A DNA stretch of 63,854 bases, counting the filler, from Octopus bimaculoides (lineage: Eukaryota): NCBI RefSeq assembly GCF_001194135.2. It is 5 parts of 5 records of this genome, joined end to end, with 100 filler letters (N's around TTAATTAATTAA, not from the genome) between each part and the next. Parts side by side here need not be neighbours in the genome. Positions count along the whole stretch, not along the records: positions 1 to 25,553 come from NC_068984.1; positions 25,654 to 42,101 come from NC_068981.1; 3 more parts are not named here. One strand, given 5' to 3'. Under the pieces are notes generated by a model. It was not told the origin of the DNA. It searched no databases and was given only the letters and a program-made list of their open reading frames with translations. This document shows positions 13,686 to 26,570 of this stretch, piece after piece. A program made the translations under genes and the position numbers. Within the stretch, counting starts at the first letter, position 1. Each line of letters begins with the position of its first letter.

Positions 13686-13978
13686 TTTATATTTAACTGA
13701 AAGTAAACGAAACACGGAGCCTCCAGCTGTCTATAACAATCTCGAGAAATATATTTCATATTGCGGCGGTGGTGGTGGATGTGGCNNNNNNNNNNNNNNN
13801 NNNNNNNNNNNNNNNNNNNNNNNNNNNNNNNNNNNNNNNNNNNNNNNNNNNNNNNNNNNNNNNNNNNNNNNNNNNNNNNNNNNNNNNNNNNNNNNNNNNN
13901 NNNNNNGTGGTGGTGGTGGTGCTGAGTGGATAGTTAAAAGCGTATTTTCTTTTTAAATTGAACTAAGCTTTTTATATC

Positions 13979-14571
13979 ATCTATCACTTAACGGATGCGC
14001 ATAAGTGCAATTATTGATCATCTGCTCGCTTGAAAATTGATATTTGTTTATGATATATAGATGACAGACGATGTAAGCTGGCAACAAAAAGAATGAAACC
14101 AAATAGACAATGACGCAAAGAGAAACATAAGGTGGAAACACTAGAACAAGCGCGGGAGAAGAGAATCAACGTGTAGAAGGGAAAATATGATTGAAAGAGT
14201 ATGGAGTGAGCATTTACAACAGATAAGGGGACATATTCAAGCTAGAAGATAAAATGTAAATCAGAGAGAACGACCAAAAACAAACCTGTAGACATACGGT
14301 TGGAAGTTACATTAATGACATAAATATACTCCATAATCATTGTGAAACTCTTATATTTATAAATGAACCTCCGAACTTCTGAGACAAAGTACGAGAAATT
14401 CATGCTCCTTCAATTACAGCCTTATCTAGAAGATCTGAAATGTGTTTTTTAATGATATTATACAGAATATACAATTCAGAAAGGAACGTTAATTTTTATG
14501 TCTCTGTATAAACTTACAACCATCTAAAAAAATTTCGCATTTGCCGTGGACTTTCCACGGGTACTGCCAGT
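13979..14571 (+). mobile_element. Probable non-autonomous Helitron remnant
   Basis: 3' hairpin CCGTGG-acttt-CCACGG (14544-14560) about 6 nt before CCAG|T (variant of CTAG). Internal peptide remnants ETLEQAREKR and CETLIFINEPP...RIYN resemble the Helitron RepHel N-terminus. Confidence 0.5.
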
Positions 14572-15506
14572 ATTTATAGATAAGCGAATACTTGTTTCAA
14601 AGAATACCTATTGTCTATTATGAACTGAAAATATGATATTTGAAAGAAGATGAAATGAATGGAGCAAGGCTGAGGGAGGGAAACTATAAATTACTGAAAC
14701 TAAAGAAAATAAACCTTATTATTTTTGACGGGTACTACGCTAATTTATTTATAACTACGGTTCTCTTATAGCTATTTCAAATCTTTAATATCACATTCAG
14801 CCACCCCCTTTGCTTCTAGATTGTATGACTATGTATGTTTTTGTTCATTTGTGTGCGTATGTGTGCGTTTTTATGCCTGTTTATGTATGTGCGTATGGTT
14901 ATATGAGTGAACCTCTTTCTGTTTGTCGTATGTAGTATGTGGCGCACACTACATTTGTGTCTTTATGTGTATGTGTGTGTGAGTGCTTGTCTTTTGCATG
15001 TATCTTTGAGTGGCTGTTTTTTAACCTCAGGTCTGCTCTATTTGCGCTGGCCAATGATACACGACTTTCTAACTGTGACCCTCTCGTGTTATTAAACTAT
15101 AATAACTCTGCTTTGTTTTAAACGATCGGGTATAATTTCAGGAAGATATTCGACTGCTATTTCTAGTAAATCGAATGACCACTCAGAGTCCTCTCTATTT
15201 GGTTCGGCTGTCAGCGTGGTTACCTGTACGTGTGTGTTCAAGCGTTTGTTTATTGTCCGATATGAAATTTTCTTTATCAGCTTCGGTTTTCTGACGTTCT
15301 CTTAAGAAACTATGAAACATGTCAAGACACTTGCGTCAACACAACAAAAGAATAAAAGAGATTCTCCCCCACCCCTCTCTCTCTCTCTCCCTCTAAATCA
15401 AGACCGTAAATCACATCTCTGCTCACCGATAATACAGCTTGCCACTAATTTACAGAACTTTCTAAACTTAGAAGTACTACAAAAGGGATGTTGTTGTTGT
15501 TGTTGC

Positions 15507-15573
15507 TTCTGTTGCTAACTTTAACATAGATACTCTTCTGTTGCTAACTTTAACATAGATACTCTTCTGTTGC
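15507..15573. repeat. 29-bp minisatellite running into an N gap
   Basis: Unit CTGTTGCTAACTTTAACATAGATACTCTT, 2.3 perfect copies before the gap. Confidence 0.9.
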
Positions 15574-16018
15574 NNNNNNNNNNNNNNNNNNNNNNNNNNN
15601 NNNNNNNNNNNNNNNNNNNNNNNNNNNNNNNNNNNNNNNNNNNNNNNNNNNNNNNNNNNNNNNNNNNNNNNNNNNNNNNNNNNNNNNNNNNNNNNNNNNN
15701 NNNNNNNNNNNNNNNNNNNNNNNNNNNNNNNNNNNNNNNNNNNNNNNNNNNNNNNNNNNNNNNNNNNNNNNNNNNNNNNNNNNNNNNNNNNNNNNNNNNN
15801 NNNNNNNNNNNNNNNNNNNNNNNNNNNNNNNNNNNNNNNNNNNNNNNNNNNNNNNNNNNNNNNNNNNNNNNNNNNNNNNNNNNNNNNNNNNNNNNNNNNN
15901 NNNNNNNNNNNNNNNNNNNNNNNNNNNNNNNNNNNNNNNNNNNNNNNNNNNNNNNNNNNNNNNNNNNNNNNNNNNNNNNNNNNNNNNNNNNNNNNNNNNN
16001 NNNNNNNNNNNNNNNNNN

Positions 16019-16341
16019 CGGAACAGCCTGCTCGTGAAATTAACATGCAAGTGGCTGAGCACTCCACAGACACGTGTACCCTTAACGTAGTTCTCGGGGA
16101 TATTCAGCGTGACACAGTGTGACAAGGCTGACCCTTTGAAATACAGGTACAACAGAAACAAGAAGAAAGAGTGAGAGAAAGTTGTGGTGAAAGAGTACAG
16201 CAGGGTTCTCCACCATCCCCTGCCGGAGCCTCGTGGAGCTTTAGGTGTTTTCGCTCAATAAACACTCACAACGCCCGGTCTTGGAATCGAAACCGCGATC
16301 CTATGACCGCTGCTCTAACCACTGGGCCATTGCGCCTCCAC
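16019..16341 (-). mobile_element. SINE family C
   Basis: Reverse complement of gtggaggcgcaatggcccagtggttag...gcgttgtgagtgtttattgagcgaaaacacctaaagctccacg...; 3' end lost in the gap. Confidence 0.9.
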
Positions 16342-17091
16342 TTGTCACCTTATGGAAGTAGGTCAAACTGAAAGGATCCGTTCCTTTTTGTGAATTTCGA
16401 AATATTAAAAATATCAACAACCATGACATACTTGTGTGCGAAGTAACCTTCCGAATGGGGTAGATACATAAATATACATGGAGAACAGAATCGCTAGTAA
16501 TCATGTTATTATTCACACGAGATTTTACATATCAGAGTTCTGTTGTATCACAGCTAACCTGAAAAATCTTCCGGTTAAGTGGATAAAAATGATCAAGTTC
16601 GATTTACAGCAAATATACATAAACACAAGTTTTCACGCAAGTTTTCGCTCATAAAATTACATGAGAAAAAAAAATATTGATTGATCCTAAACTAGAGTTG
16701 AAGACACTTGCTCAAGATGCGGTGCTAAGTGATGGAACCCAAACTAACATCGTTGCAAAGCGACATTCCTAACCTCACAGCAAATATTTGCACCAAATTA
16801 TATTGAAATATGTTTTCTTTGAATTGTTAATAGACTTTTATAAATAAATCTTTATTATTAAAATAGAGAAGTCGATATTCATATATGAAGAAAATAGAAT
16901 AGAGATAACTAATTTCTATTTTGAAATTACTTGTTATTGATAATATTATTGTTTCATCAGAGCAGAATCGGTAAAGTCTCTGTCAACATTAGTTGATATT
17001 ATCTATTTAAGATGCTTTTTATTCCGACCTGAAATCCTGTCAGAATTGGGGAGTATTTTTTTTTTTGTACTTTTTCTTTCTTTTACATTTT

Positions 17092-19052
17092 CAGAATCAT
17101 TAGAGCGTCTTACAAAATGCCTTGTGGTATTTGTACCAGCTCTTTACTTCTAAGTCCAAATCCCGCCAAAGTTAGCTTTGCCTTTCAGTCTTCAATAAAT
17201 TAAAGTAGCAATCGAGTACTGGGGTAGATTTAATCGACTAATCCCTTCTCCAAATTTATGACCTTGTGCCTAAATTAGAAACTATTATAAGGACGGACGA
17301 AATGCAAACTGTATAACGACATTTTGTTCATTGCTACGTTCTGAGTTCAAATTCCGCCGAGGTCGACTTTACCTTTCATCTTTTCTGGGTCGATGGAATA
17401 TGTACCAGTGAAACACTGAGGTCGATATAATCTAACAGTCCCCTCCCCCCAAATTTCAGGCCTTCAGGAGAAAGGATTATTATTATTATTATTGCAAAGG
17501 AAGTGGGTTGACAGAAAAGTTAAAGCGTTGCATAAAATGCTTAGCGATTCTTACAGTTAGTTCTCTATGTTCTGAGTTTAAATCTCACTGAAGTCAACTT
17601 TATCTTTCTTCTTCCAGTGGTAGATAAAAATTGTACCAGTGAAGTACTGGTGTCGATGTAATCAACTACACGCCTCACCCAAATATGAGGCCCAATACCT
17701 ATGTTACAAATAATTCAAGGCGATGCATTGTAAGAATTGTTAGAGCGTTGCACAAAAGGACTTTGTAGTGTTTAGATATGACTCTTTACATTCTGAGTTC
17801 AAAATCTGCCGTGGTCAACGTTACCTTTCATCTCTCCAGAGTCAAAACAAGTAAAGCACCAGACAAGTACTGGGACCACTACAATTGAATACTTATGGTT
17901 CCGTGCCTATGTAAGAACTTGATATTTATGACTGTGAAGTGGTGAATGATAGAATAAATAAAGCATCGGACAGAAGGCCGAGTCCGGAACTCTTCGTAGC
18001 CTTTCGTGCTATTTCAGGCAACAAATTAGAGTACCAGGCAAGTACGAAAGGTAATATCGTCAAACAGAAGCGGCGAGCTGGCAGAAACGTTAGCACGCCG
18101 GGCGAAATGCTTAGCGGTATTTCGTATGTCTTTACGTTCTGAGTTCAAATTCCGCCGAGGTCGACTTTTCCTTTCATCCTTTCGGGGTCGATTAAATAAG
18201 TACCAGTTACGGATCTATTTCAAAACGGGGGCACCAGTATTTTCCTAACGAAACACTAACGAAACACTTTGAAACTTGGGACACTGGTAGAATGTGTCAT
18301 ATAAAACATCTTTTACTCTTAGTCTTCTTAACAAAAAAATGTACATCGCAAGTTATTCCATGTTAAAGTTGTCGTATTTCTGTNNNNNNNNNNNNNNNNN
18401 NNNNNNNNNNNNNNNNNNNNNNNNNNNNNNNNNNNNNNNNNNNNNNNNNNNNNNNNNNNNNNNNNNNNNNNNNNNNNNNNNNNNNNNNNNNNNNNNNNNN
18501 NNNNNNNNNNNNNNNNNNNNNNNNNNNNNNNNNNNNNNNNNNNNNNNNNNNNNNNNNNNNNNNNNNNNNNNNNNNNNNNNNNNNNNNNNNNNNNNNNNNN
18601 NNNNNNNNNNNNNNNNNNNNNNNNNNNNNNNNNNNNNNNNNNNNNNNNNNNNAACACAAAATAGATAAGTATACGAAGTTTGAAAGTCTTTCGGTACCAA
18701 AAACACTACATAAAACATAAATGAAAATTGGTGCCCCCGTTTTAAAATAGATCCCCAGTTACGCACTGGGGTCGATATAATCGACTTAATCCTTTTGTCT
18801 GTCCTCGTTTGTCCCCTCTGTGTGTAGCCCCTTGTGAGTAATAAAGAAATAAGAAATCTTAGCACGCCGAGCGAAATGCTTAGCGGTATTTTGTCTGTCT
18901 TTATGTTCTGGGTTCAAATTCTGCTGTGGTCGACTTTGCCTTTCATCCATTCGGGGTCGATAAATTAAGTACCAGTTGCGTACTTGGCCGATCTAATCGA
19001 ATGGCCCCCTCCCCAAAAATTTCAGGCCTTGTGCCTAGAGTAGAAAAGAATA
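17092..19052 (+). mobile_element. Head-to-tail array of about seven SINE family B copies of mixed divergence
   Basis: The core acgttctgagttcaaattccgccgaggtcgactttgcctttcatc recurs roughly every 200 bp in the same orientation. The copy at 18063-18855 is split by a MITE. Confidence 0.85.
18211..18754. mobile_element. Non-autonomous DNA transposon (MITE) with 26-bp TIRs and 8-bp TSD, Merlin-like
   Basis: Left GGATCTATTTCAAAACGGGGGCACCA; right reverse complement GGATCTATTTTAAAACGGGGGCACCA (1 mismatch). TSD CCAGTTAC at 18203-18210 and 18755-18762. Confidence 0.9.
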
Positions 19053-20479
19053 TCATCAAACTGTTTCCTAACCTTAAATTATGTGGCTTTGTATAAAATT
19101 TATTGCAGTAAAATTTATTACAATGGTGGGCAAAGAATTAGTAGAGCACTTGATAAAATATCTTGATGTATTTAGTTCAAATTACTTTCAGTGTAACATT
19201 GTTTCACATTCTTACAGTGTGAATAAAAAAATTTCCAATCATAAACTAGATTCAGTTTAATCGACATAAAGCTCTTTTATGAACGTATACACTTATACCA
19301 AAGTTAGAAATCATTTTATTTGTAATATTTAGATAAATCCTTCCGGGATCGATTAAATAAAGTGCCAATCAAATACTGGAATATTTTTGATTTAAAAAAC
19401 TGTTTGGCCTCGAGCCAATTAGAGAAATAATTATGAGACGAGTCTTGTAAGCTTTGTGTAAGAAATCAATATTATCAAAAAATGTCAAACACAAAAAAAA
19501 ATGAATTATTATGACACTTCTGATAATGCCTAAGATCCTTCGTCGTAGTCATCATCATCACCATTATCTTTATCATCATCATCATCAACAACAAAAACAA
19601 CAACGACAACATCAATGTCACTCTTATCACCACCACAAACGCCTTCAAACGATGTATGAAAATAATCATTTGTATCATTGGTTTCTGAAGCACCGTTTAT
19701 TTTTACAGTGGTGGATTGCTGGCCCAATGCCCACCCAACACTCAACGTCCAACAACCAACCCACCTTCTTTTGCAAAATAAGCCTTGATATATTGAAAAA
19801 TTGGAATTCGACACTTTAAATTTATGAAATACTCGTACACTTTGCGGTGTGCTACTGGTAGATGTGAACCTGATATTTTGGATAAATGTCTTCGTTACGG
19901 ACTCGTGAAAATGATATTAGTAGAACATGACTCGGTGGTCTTAATCCGTTGCTAGGAGTACGGCTTTTTTTAGTAGACGTTGCTATTGTTGTTCCTCTCT
20001 TCTTCTTCTTCTTCTTCTTCTTCTTCTTCCAGATCAGCTCTGATCTGGTAGCTCTAGTTTGTCTTTCTTCATTCCGAATTCAATAAAACTCGTCGTCGTC
20101 GTCGTCGTCGTCGTCGTAGTAGTAGTAGTTGATAAAAATAAGTGTAAATGCTGATTGCATCACCAATATCGTTGAAGGTGGTGCACCAGTATGGCCCTAA
20201 TCCAATGACTAAGGCTAGAGAAAGAGTAAATGAGTATTGGATAATATAGTTTGAGGTAAATTATGCCTAAAAAGACGTGATGGTCATGGCTAGAATGCCA
20301 TTGATCATAGCTCTATTTAATCAAGACTGGCCTGGTGGGATGACACAAAAGACAATAACTGCAGTAACAAACCTCACTCAATGTCTGGTCTGTTGATACC
20401 CTAGAAATCACAGCTAAATCTACCATGTCACAGTGTAGTGTCTTTATAAAGAAAGGACATATTGAATACCTTTTATCTG

Positions 20480-20903
20480 TTACTAATTCCAGTCTTTGGA
20501 CCGCGGCCATGCTGGGGCATCAGTTTAAAGATTTTAATCGAACGACTATGGCAAACTGCAAAGTTACGGAAATGTAAGCAAATTAACACCAGTTAGCGGG
20601 GGACATACACACATAGATAAATACACACACACTCACGCACGCACACACAACATATATATATATATATATATATATANNNNNNNNNNNNNNNNNNNNNNNN
20701 NNNNNNNNNNNNNNNNNNNNNNNNNNNNNNNNNNNNNNNNNNNNNNNNNNNNNNNNNNNNNNNNNNNNNNNNNNNNNNNNNNNNNNNNNNNNNNNNNNNN
20801 NNNNNNNNNNNNNNNNNNNNNNNNNNNNNNNNNNNNNNNNNNNNNNNNNNNNNNNNNNNNNNNNNNNNNNNNNNNNNNNNNNNNNNNNNNNNNNNNNNNN
20901 NNN

Positions 20904-20941
<38 letters not shown>

Positions 20942-21055
20942 GGCGGCTGTCTTTCAGTTTCTGTATCGGAGAAGACATTTGCCCATGGTGCCACGCAGAG
21001 GAATTGAACCTGGAACAATATGGTTGGGAAGCATGTTTCTTACCAAACAGTCGCG
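20480..21055 (-). mobile_element. SINE family A spanning a TA/N gap
   Basis: Tail at 20480-20620 and head gaagacatttgcccatggtgccacgcag...cttaccaaacagtc at 20940-21055. Confidence 0.75.
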
Positions 21056-21454
21056 CCTTTTGTCGTAAAAGCGGTTCGGTATAGTTAAATTAATGGATTT
21101 ATTGAAACAGAAAATACTGGTAATTTTATTAATGAACAGAAAGCTTCATGAATATTCATGATACAAAATGATTTTCCAAACCATATTTCTTCCTTTCTTT
21201 CTTTTAGTAATTCAACGAAGAATATATTATCATTCATTATTGATTACGATTTCAATTAAATATTTATGGCATGTTACTTACAGTTCACACTACATTCACA
21301 ACAACACGGGTGTTAATTTTTCGAAACGATTCTTCTTCGTTAAAAGTTGTTAAATCTTTAAAGCTAGAGCTGTTGCATGTCTTCGAAGAATTCTTTTAAA
21401 ATTCGATTAAAAATTCATTTACACAAAATATCGAGTTCTAGATATACACTCTGC

Positions 21455-21845
21455 AGTCTTTCATTTACTTGTTTCAGTCATAGGACTGCGACCAAGCTGG
21501 GGCAGCACCTTGATGGGTTTAGTCGAAAAAAATTGATCCCAGTGCTTATTTTTATATCTCTGGTACTTATTCTATCGGTCTCTTTAGCAGAAACTGCTAA
21601 ATTACAAGAACGTAAACAAGCCAACACCGGTCTTCAAGCGGTGAGTGGCTTACACACACAAAAATACACAAATACACGCACACATATACATACATACACA
21701 CAGACAGATATATACGATAGGCTTCCACACCGTTTCCCTCTGTCAAATTCACTCACAATGGTTTGGTACTAAGAAGACACTTACCTAAGGTGCCATGCAG
21801 TAGATCTGGACTCGAAACTATGTGGTTACAAACCGGGCTTCTTAA
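21455..21845 (-). mobile_element. SINE family A, near full length
   Basis: tttacttgtttcagtcataggactgcg...gtacttattctatcggtctc...cactcacaatgg...aagacacttacctaaggtgcc. Confidence 0.85.
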
Positions 21846-22019
21846 AGACAGTATGGTCATGGCTAGAATCTTTTTGAACGCTGAAGGATTACACGGGGGT
21901 GAGGGAACAGCAGTAACACCTGCTAGAAATGGCAGCTAGATCTTCCACGATTCATAATTCTTTTGCTTCCAAGGGCGAAAGCACAGGATACATTCGATAA
22001 CTTAATCCTTTTATTTTGG

Positions 22020-22264
22020 GGGTCTGTTATTTGTTTCGGTCATTAGACACTGGCCATGGTGGGGAACCCCTTTGGGGAGTCCAGTCGAACAAACCAAACC
22101 CAGTACATATATTTTTTTTTCCGGACCTGCTACTTTCCTACTTATTCTAACGGTCTCATATTACCGAACCGCAAAGTTACGGAAACGTAAATAAATCGAT
22201 CACGATTATCAAGCAGAGGTGAGGGACAAGCACAAACACAAAGACACACACTAATACAATTTCA

Positions 22265-22327
<63 letters not shown>

Positions 22328-23225
22328 CTACCTGGCGCGTGGTACACCGTGCACCAGTTCAGACAATGTCGATTTGATGGAGAGACCGAACTAATGTGCG
22401 GCACGAACATTTGACCACTATAAAAAAGTCATTTGCNNNNNNNNNNNNNNNNNNNNNNNNNNNNNNNNNNNNNNNNNNNNNNNNNNNNNNNNNNNNNNNN
22501 NNNNNNNNNNNNNNNNNNNNNNNNNNNNNNNNNNNNNNNNNNNNNNNNNNNNNNNNNNNNNNNNNNNNNNNNNNNNNNNNNNNNNNNNNNNNNNNNNNNN
22601 NNNNNNNNNNNNNNNNNNNNNNNNNNNNNNNNNNNNNNNNNNNNNNNNNNNNNNNNNNNNNNNNNNNNNNNNNNNNNNNNNNNNNNNNNNNNNNNNNNNN
22701 NNNNNNNNNNNNNNNNNNNNNNNNNNNNNNNNNNNNNNNNNNNNNNNNNNNNNNNNNNNNNNNNNNNNNNNNNNNNNNNNNNNNNNNNNNNNNNNNNNNN
22801 NNNNNNNNNNNNNNNNNNNNNNNNNNNNNNNNNNNNNNNNNNNNNNNNNNNNNNNNNNNNNNNNNNNNNNNNNNNNNNNNNNNNNNNNNNNNNNNNNNNN
22901 NNNNNNNNNNNNNNNNNNNNNNNNNNNNNNNNNNNNNNNNNNNNNNNNNNNNNNNNNNNNNNNNNNNNNNNNNNNNNNNNNNNNNNNNNNNNNNNNNNNN
23001 NNNNNNNNNNNNNNNNNNNNNNNNNNNNNNNNNNNNNNNNNNNNNNNNNNNNNNNNNNNNNNNNNNNNNNNNNNNATATATATACGACGAGCTTCTTTCA
23101 GTTTCCATCTACCAAATCCACTCGGCCGAGGATATGATAGAAGACACTTGCTTAAAATGCTATACAATGGGACTGAACCCAGAACCACGTGGGTGGGAAG
23201 AAATCTTAACACGCAACTACGCACG
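22020..23225 (-). mobile_element. SINE family A fragments on both sides of a gap
   Basis: Tail at 22020-22250; head tacgacgagcttctttcagtttccatctaccaaatccactc...gggactgaacccagaacc at 23080-23225. Confidence 0.7.
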
Positions 23226-24932
23226 CACCTTGAAAATAATATATGGAAGGCAATGTATATCGATCCAAGAAGCTGGCTGTGCATCTGCATAATTAAGTGT
23301 AGGATTGGGTACGGTTTGTTAAGGAAGATTCGCTTTTGCATTTGCTTGCAAATCTCCTTTCTCCATGACAACGATTTTTATTGAAGAGAAAGGCTACCGA
23401 TTTGAACCAAAACAGCTTGGCACCAGTGTTACCGCATACATTCTTCAGAACACAAAAAGCCGAATTAGACACCATAAGGTATTTAGGCCTACCCTCTACC
23501 AATTTCATTAATCTACATCCCGGATTGGTACAATTTTATCGATTCCCCAAGGAGATGAAATGCAAAGCTAACTTCGGTGAGGTACGAACTCAGAACTCAA
23601 AGAGTCTGAGTTCACAAAGAATTCTGTTCACCGTTCTAATGATTCTGTCAGTTTGCCATTTAAAAGATCGATTATGGTGAACGATTTCAACCCAGAGTGA
23701 TTATAGATGTTATTTGCTCCATATGAAAACAGTTAACTTTCAATATATCTTCACTGAGTTACATCATACAGTTGATGTCCTTTGTGCTTTGTTTTGTTGT
23801 GTGCGGAGTGGATGGGGGGGGGATTGCTTTGTGTTTGCTTCTTTTGTTTGTTTATTTAAACAGTGTTTAACAGATAACTTCTAGTTTCAATGCATATTGA
23901 AATAATAATACTCAACGATTCAATACTGGAAAACAACAACGACGAAGATGACGGCGATGACGACGACGACGACGATGACGACAACGATGATAACGTCGAC
24001 GACCATGGTGATGACGATGATGATGGTGGTGGTGNNNNNNNNNNNNNNNNNNNNNNNNNNNNNNNNNNNNNNNNNNNNNNNNNNNNNNNNNNNNNNNNNN
24101 NNNNNNNNNNNNNNNNNNNNNNNNNNNNNNNNNNNNNNNNNNNNNNNNNNNNNNNNNNNNNNNNNNNNNNNNNNNNNNNNNNNNNNNNNNNNNNNNNNNN
24201 NNNNNNNNNNNNNNNNNNNNNNNNNNNNNNNNNNNNNNNNNNNNNNNNNNNNNNNNNNNNNNNNNNNNNNNNNNNNNNNNNNNNNNNNNNNNNNNNNNNN
24301 NNNNNNNNNNNNNNNNNNNNNNNNNNNNNNNNNNNNNNNNNNNNNNNNNNNNNNNNNNNNNNNNNNNNNNNNNNNNNNNNNNNNNNNNNNNNNNNNNNNN
24401 NNNNNNNNNNNNNNNNNNNNNNNNNNNNNNNNNNNNNNNNNNNNNNNNNNNNNNNNNNNNNNNNNNNNNNNNNNNNNNNNNNNNNNNNNNNNNNNNNNNN
24501 NNNNNNNNNNNNNNNNNNNNNNNNNNNNNNNNNNNNNNNNNNNNNNNNNNNNNNNNNNNNNNNNNNNNNNNNNNNNNNNNNNNNNNNNNNNNNNNNNNNN
24601 NNNNNNNNNNNNNNNNNNNNNNNNNNNNNNNNNNNNNNNNNNNNNNNNNNNNNNNNNNNNNNNNNNNNNNNNNNNNNNNNNNNNNNNNNNNNNNNNNNNN
24701 NNNNNNNNNNNNNNNNNNNNNNNNNNNNNNNNNNNNNNNNNNNNNNNNNNNNNNNNNNNNNNNNNNNNNNNNNNNNNNNNNNNNNNNNNNNNNNNNNNNN
24801 NNNNNNNNNNNNNNNNNNNNNNNNNNNNNNNNNNNNNNNNNNNNNNNNNNNNNNNNNNNNNNNNNNNNNNNNNNNNNNNNNNNNNNNNNNNNNNNNNNNN
24901 NNNNNNNNNNNNNNNNNNNNNNNNNNNNNNNG

Positions 24933-25014
<82 letters not shown>

Positions 25015-25553
25015 AATACACACACATATGAACCCACAAACTCTCCCTCTCACACATACACACAAACACACATGTAATTGCACAATACTTAATATGTTAC
25101 TATGCAACTATTTTATCTAAACCCAGATCCTGATCTTTCTAGAAGAATAAACCAAAAACAAAAATGTCCTCTTGTTTATATTTGATGTTGTTTTAAAGCT
25201 GTTGAAAACATAAACGGAATATTGGTGGCAAAGAAATCAATTTGGTTTACGGCGTGTGACGAAGTGAGTTAAGTTATATTATCGCAGGACACAAATACAT
25301 GTATACACACACAAGCGTACACTCCTACACACACACACACACACACACGGTCGAGCATGCAGATTAAAAGAAGGGTTTGCCAGCGTTTGATGCATGTGTA
25401 TCTGTGTGTGAATGTGAATGAATGTATGTGTGTGTGTGTGTGTGAGAGTGTGTGTGTTTGTGTATGTGTGTGTGTGTACGTATGTATTTTTATTCGTATG
25501 AACACGTGTGCGAACGCAGATATCTGTCTATATATGTATATACATATATATAT

Positions 25554-25653
25554 NNNNNNNNNNNNNNNNNNNNNNNNNNNNNNNNNNNNNNNNNNNNTTA
25601 ATTAATTAANNNNNNNNNNNNNNNNNNNNNNNNNNNNNNNNNNNNNNNNNNNN
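25554..25653. other. Synthetic scaffold linker 1
   Basis: 44 N + TTAATTAATTAA (25598-25609) + 44 N. Confidence 0.97.
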
Positions 25654-25698
<45 letters not shown>

Positions 25699-26389
25699 CT
25701 ATGTCAGTCATGTTTAGCTCACTGAATCCCTTGCTGTCATTCCTCTTTCTGTCTTTCTTCTTACCGTTCTCCTATCGCTGAATCCATTAATTGCTTGCTT
25801 TTCTCTATTATGCATTATATCTGTTTCTCCATCTTTGTTTTTCTGAAATCCTGCACACTTATGCACATATTACGCACACGTACACGCACATATACGCATC
25901 AGTATAATTTGTGCATGTTTGCGCTTGTGTGTGTTTGTGTGTGTGTGCGTATGTGTGTAAATGTTTTTGTATCTGCTTAAAGATATTCGTCCTACTTTAT
26001 ATGTGTATATATATTTTTTTATCCTCCGCATTTTCCGCTTCGTACTGTATCTTGTGCAATATTTTCTGTATCACTTCGCTCAATATATTACTCTTGTTTC
26101 TCCTCTCTATGTGTTGCATTCAATTCTATTTTTCTCCTTCTGGCAAACTATATTTCTGGCAACAACATTTACCGGTTTATGCAGAGACACACGCGTATAC
26201 AGGCACTGAAGCAAGCGCGCGACGACATATATAAACACTCTATGCATCGCCACAGCCACCAAATAAATATCAAAATGGGAACACAAGATATCCAACAGTG
26301 TTTTCGTTCTAGCCTCAGTACTCTCTCAATAATCTTTTCGCCACCATTCATTCAATCGTACTCTTTACTATAAACCTTATAAAATGATA

Positions 26390-26570
26390 GTTTCAGATTT
26401 TGGCACAAGGCCGGTAATTGCATCAACTCAAGTGTTTCACTGGTACTTAATATATCGACGCTAAAAGAGTTAAAGGCAAAGTCCACCTCGGCAGAATTTG
26501 AACTTAGAACGTAAGAACGAACGAAATACCACGCGAGCTCAAGTTCTTGCCAGATCGCCGCCTTAGCGCT
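26390..26570 (-). mobile_element. SINE family B
   Basis: Reverse-complement core aaggcaaagtccacctcggcagaatttgaacttagaacgt. Confidence 0.8.

Noticed and set aside
16290-16341. tRNA-like sequences here and at 3171, 13340, 44758, 54650 and 55440
   Set aside because: These are A/B-box heads continuous with SINE bodies, with no complete cloverleaf; not tRNA genes.
17092-19052. CRISPR-like periodic repeats
   Set aside because: The units are about 200-bp diverged SINE copies, not short identical repeats with unique spacers, and the DNA is eukaryotic.
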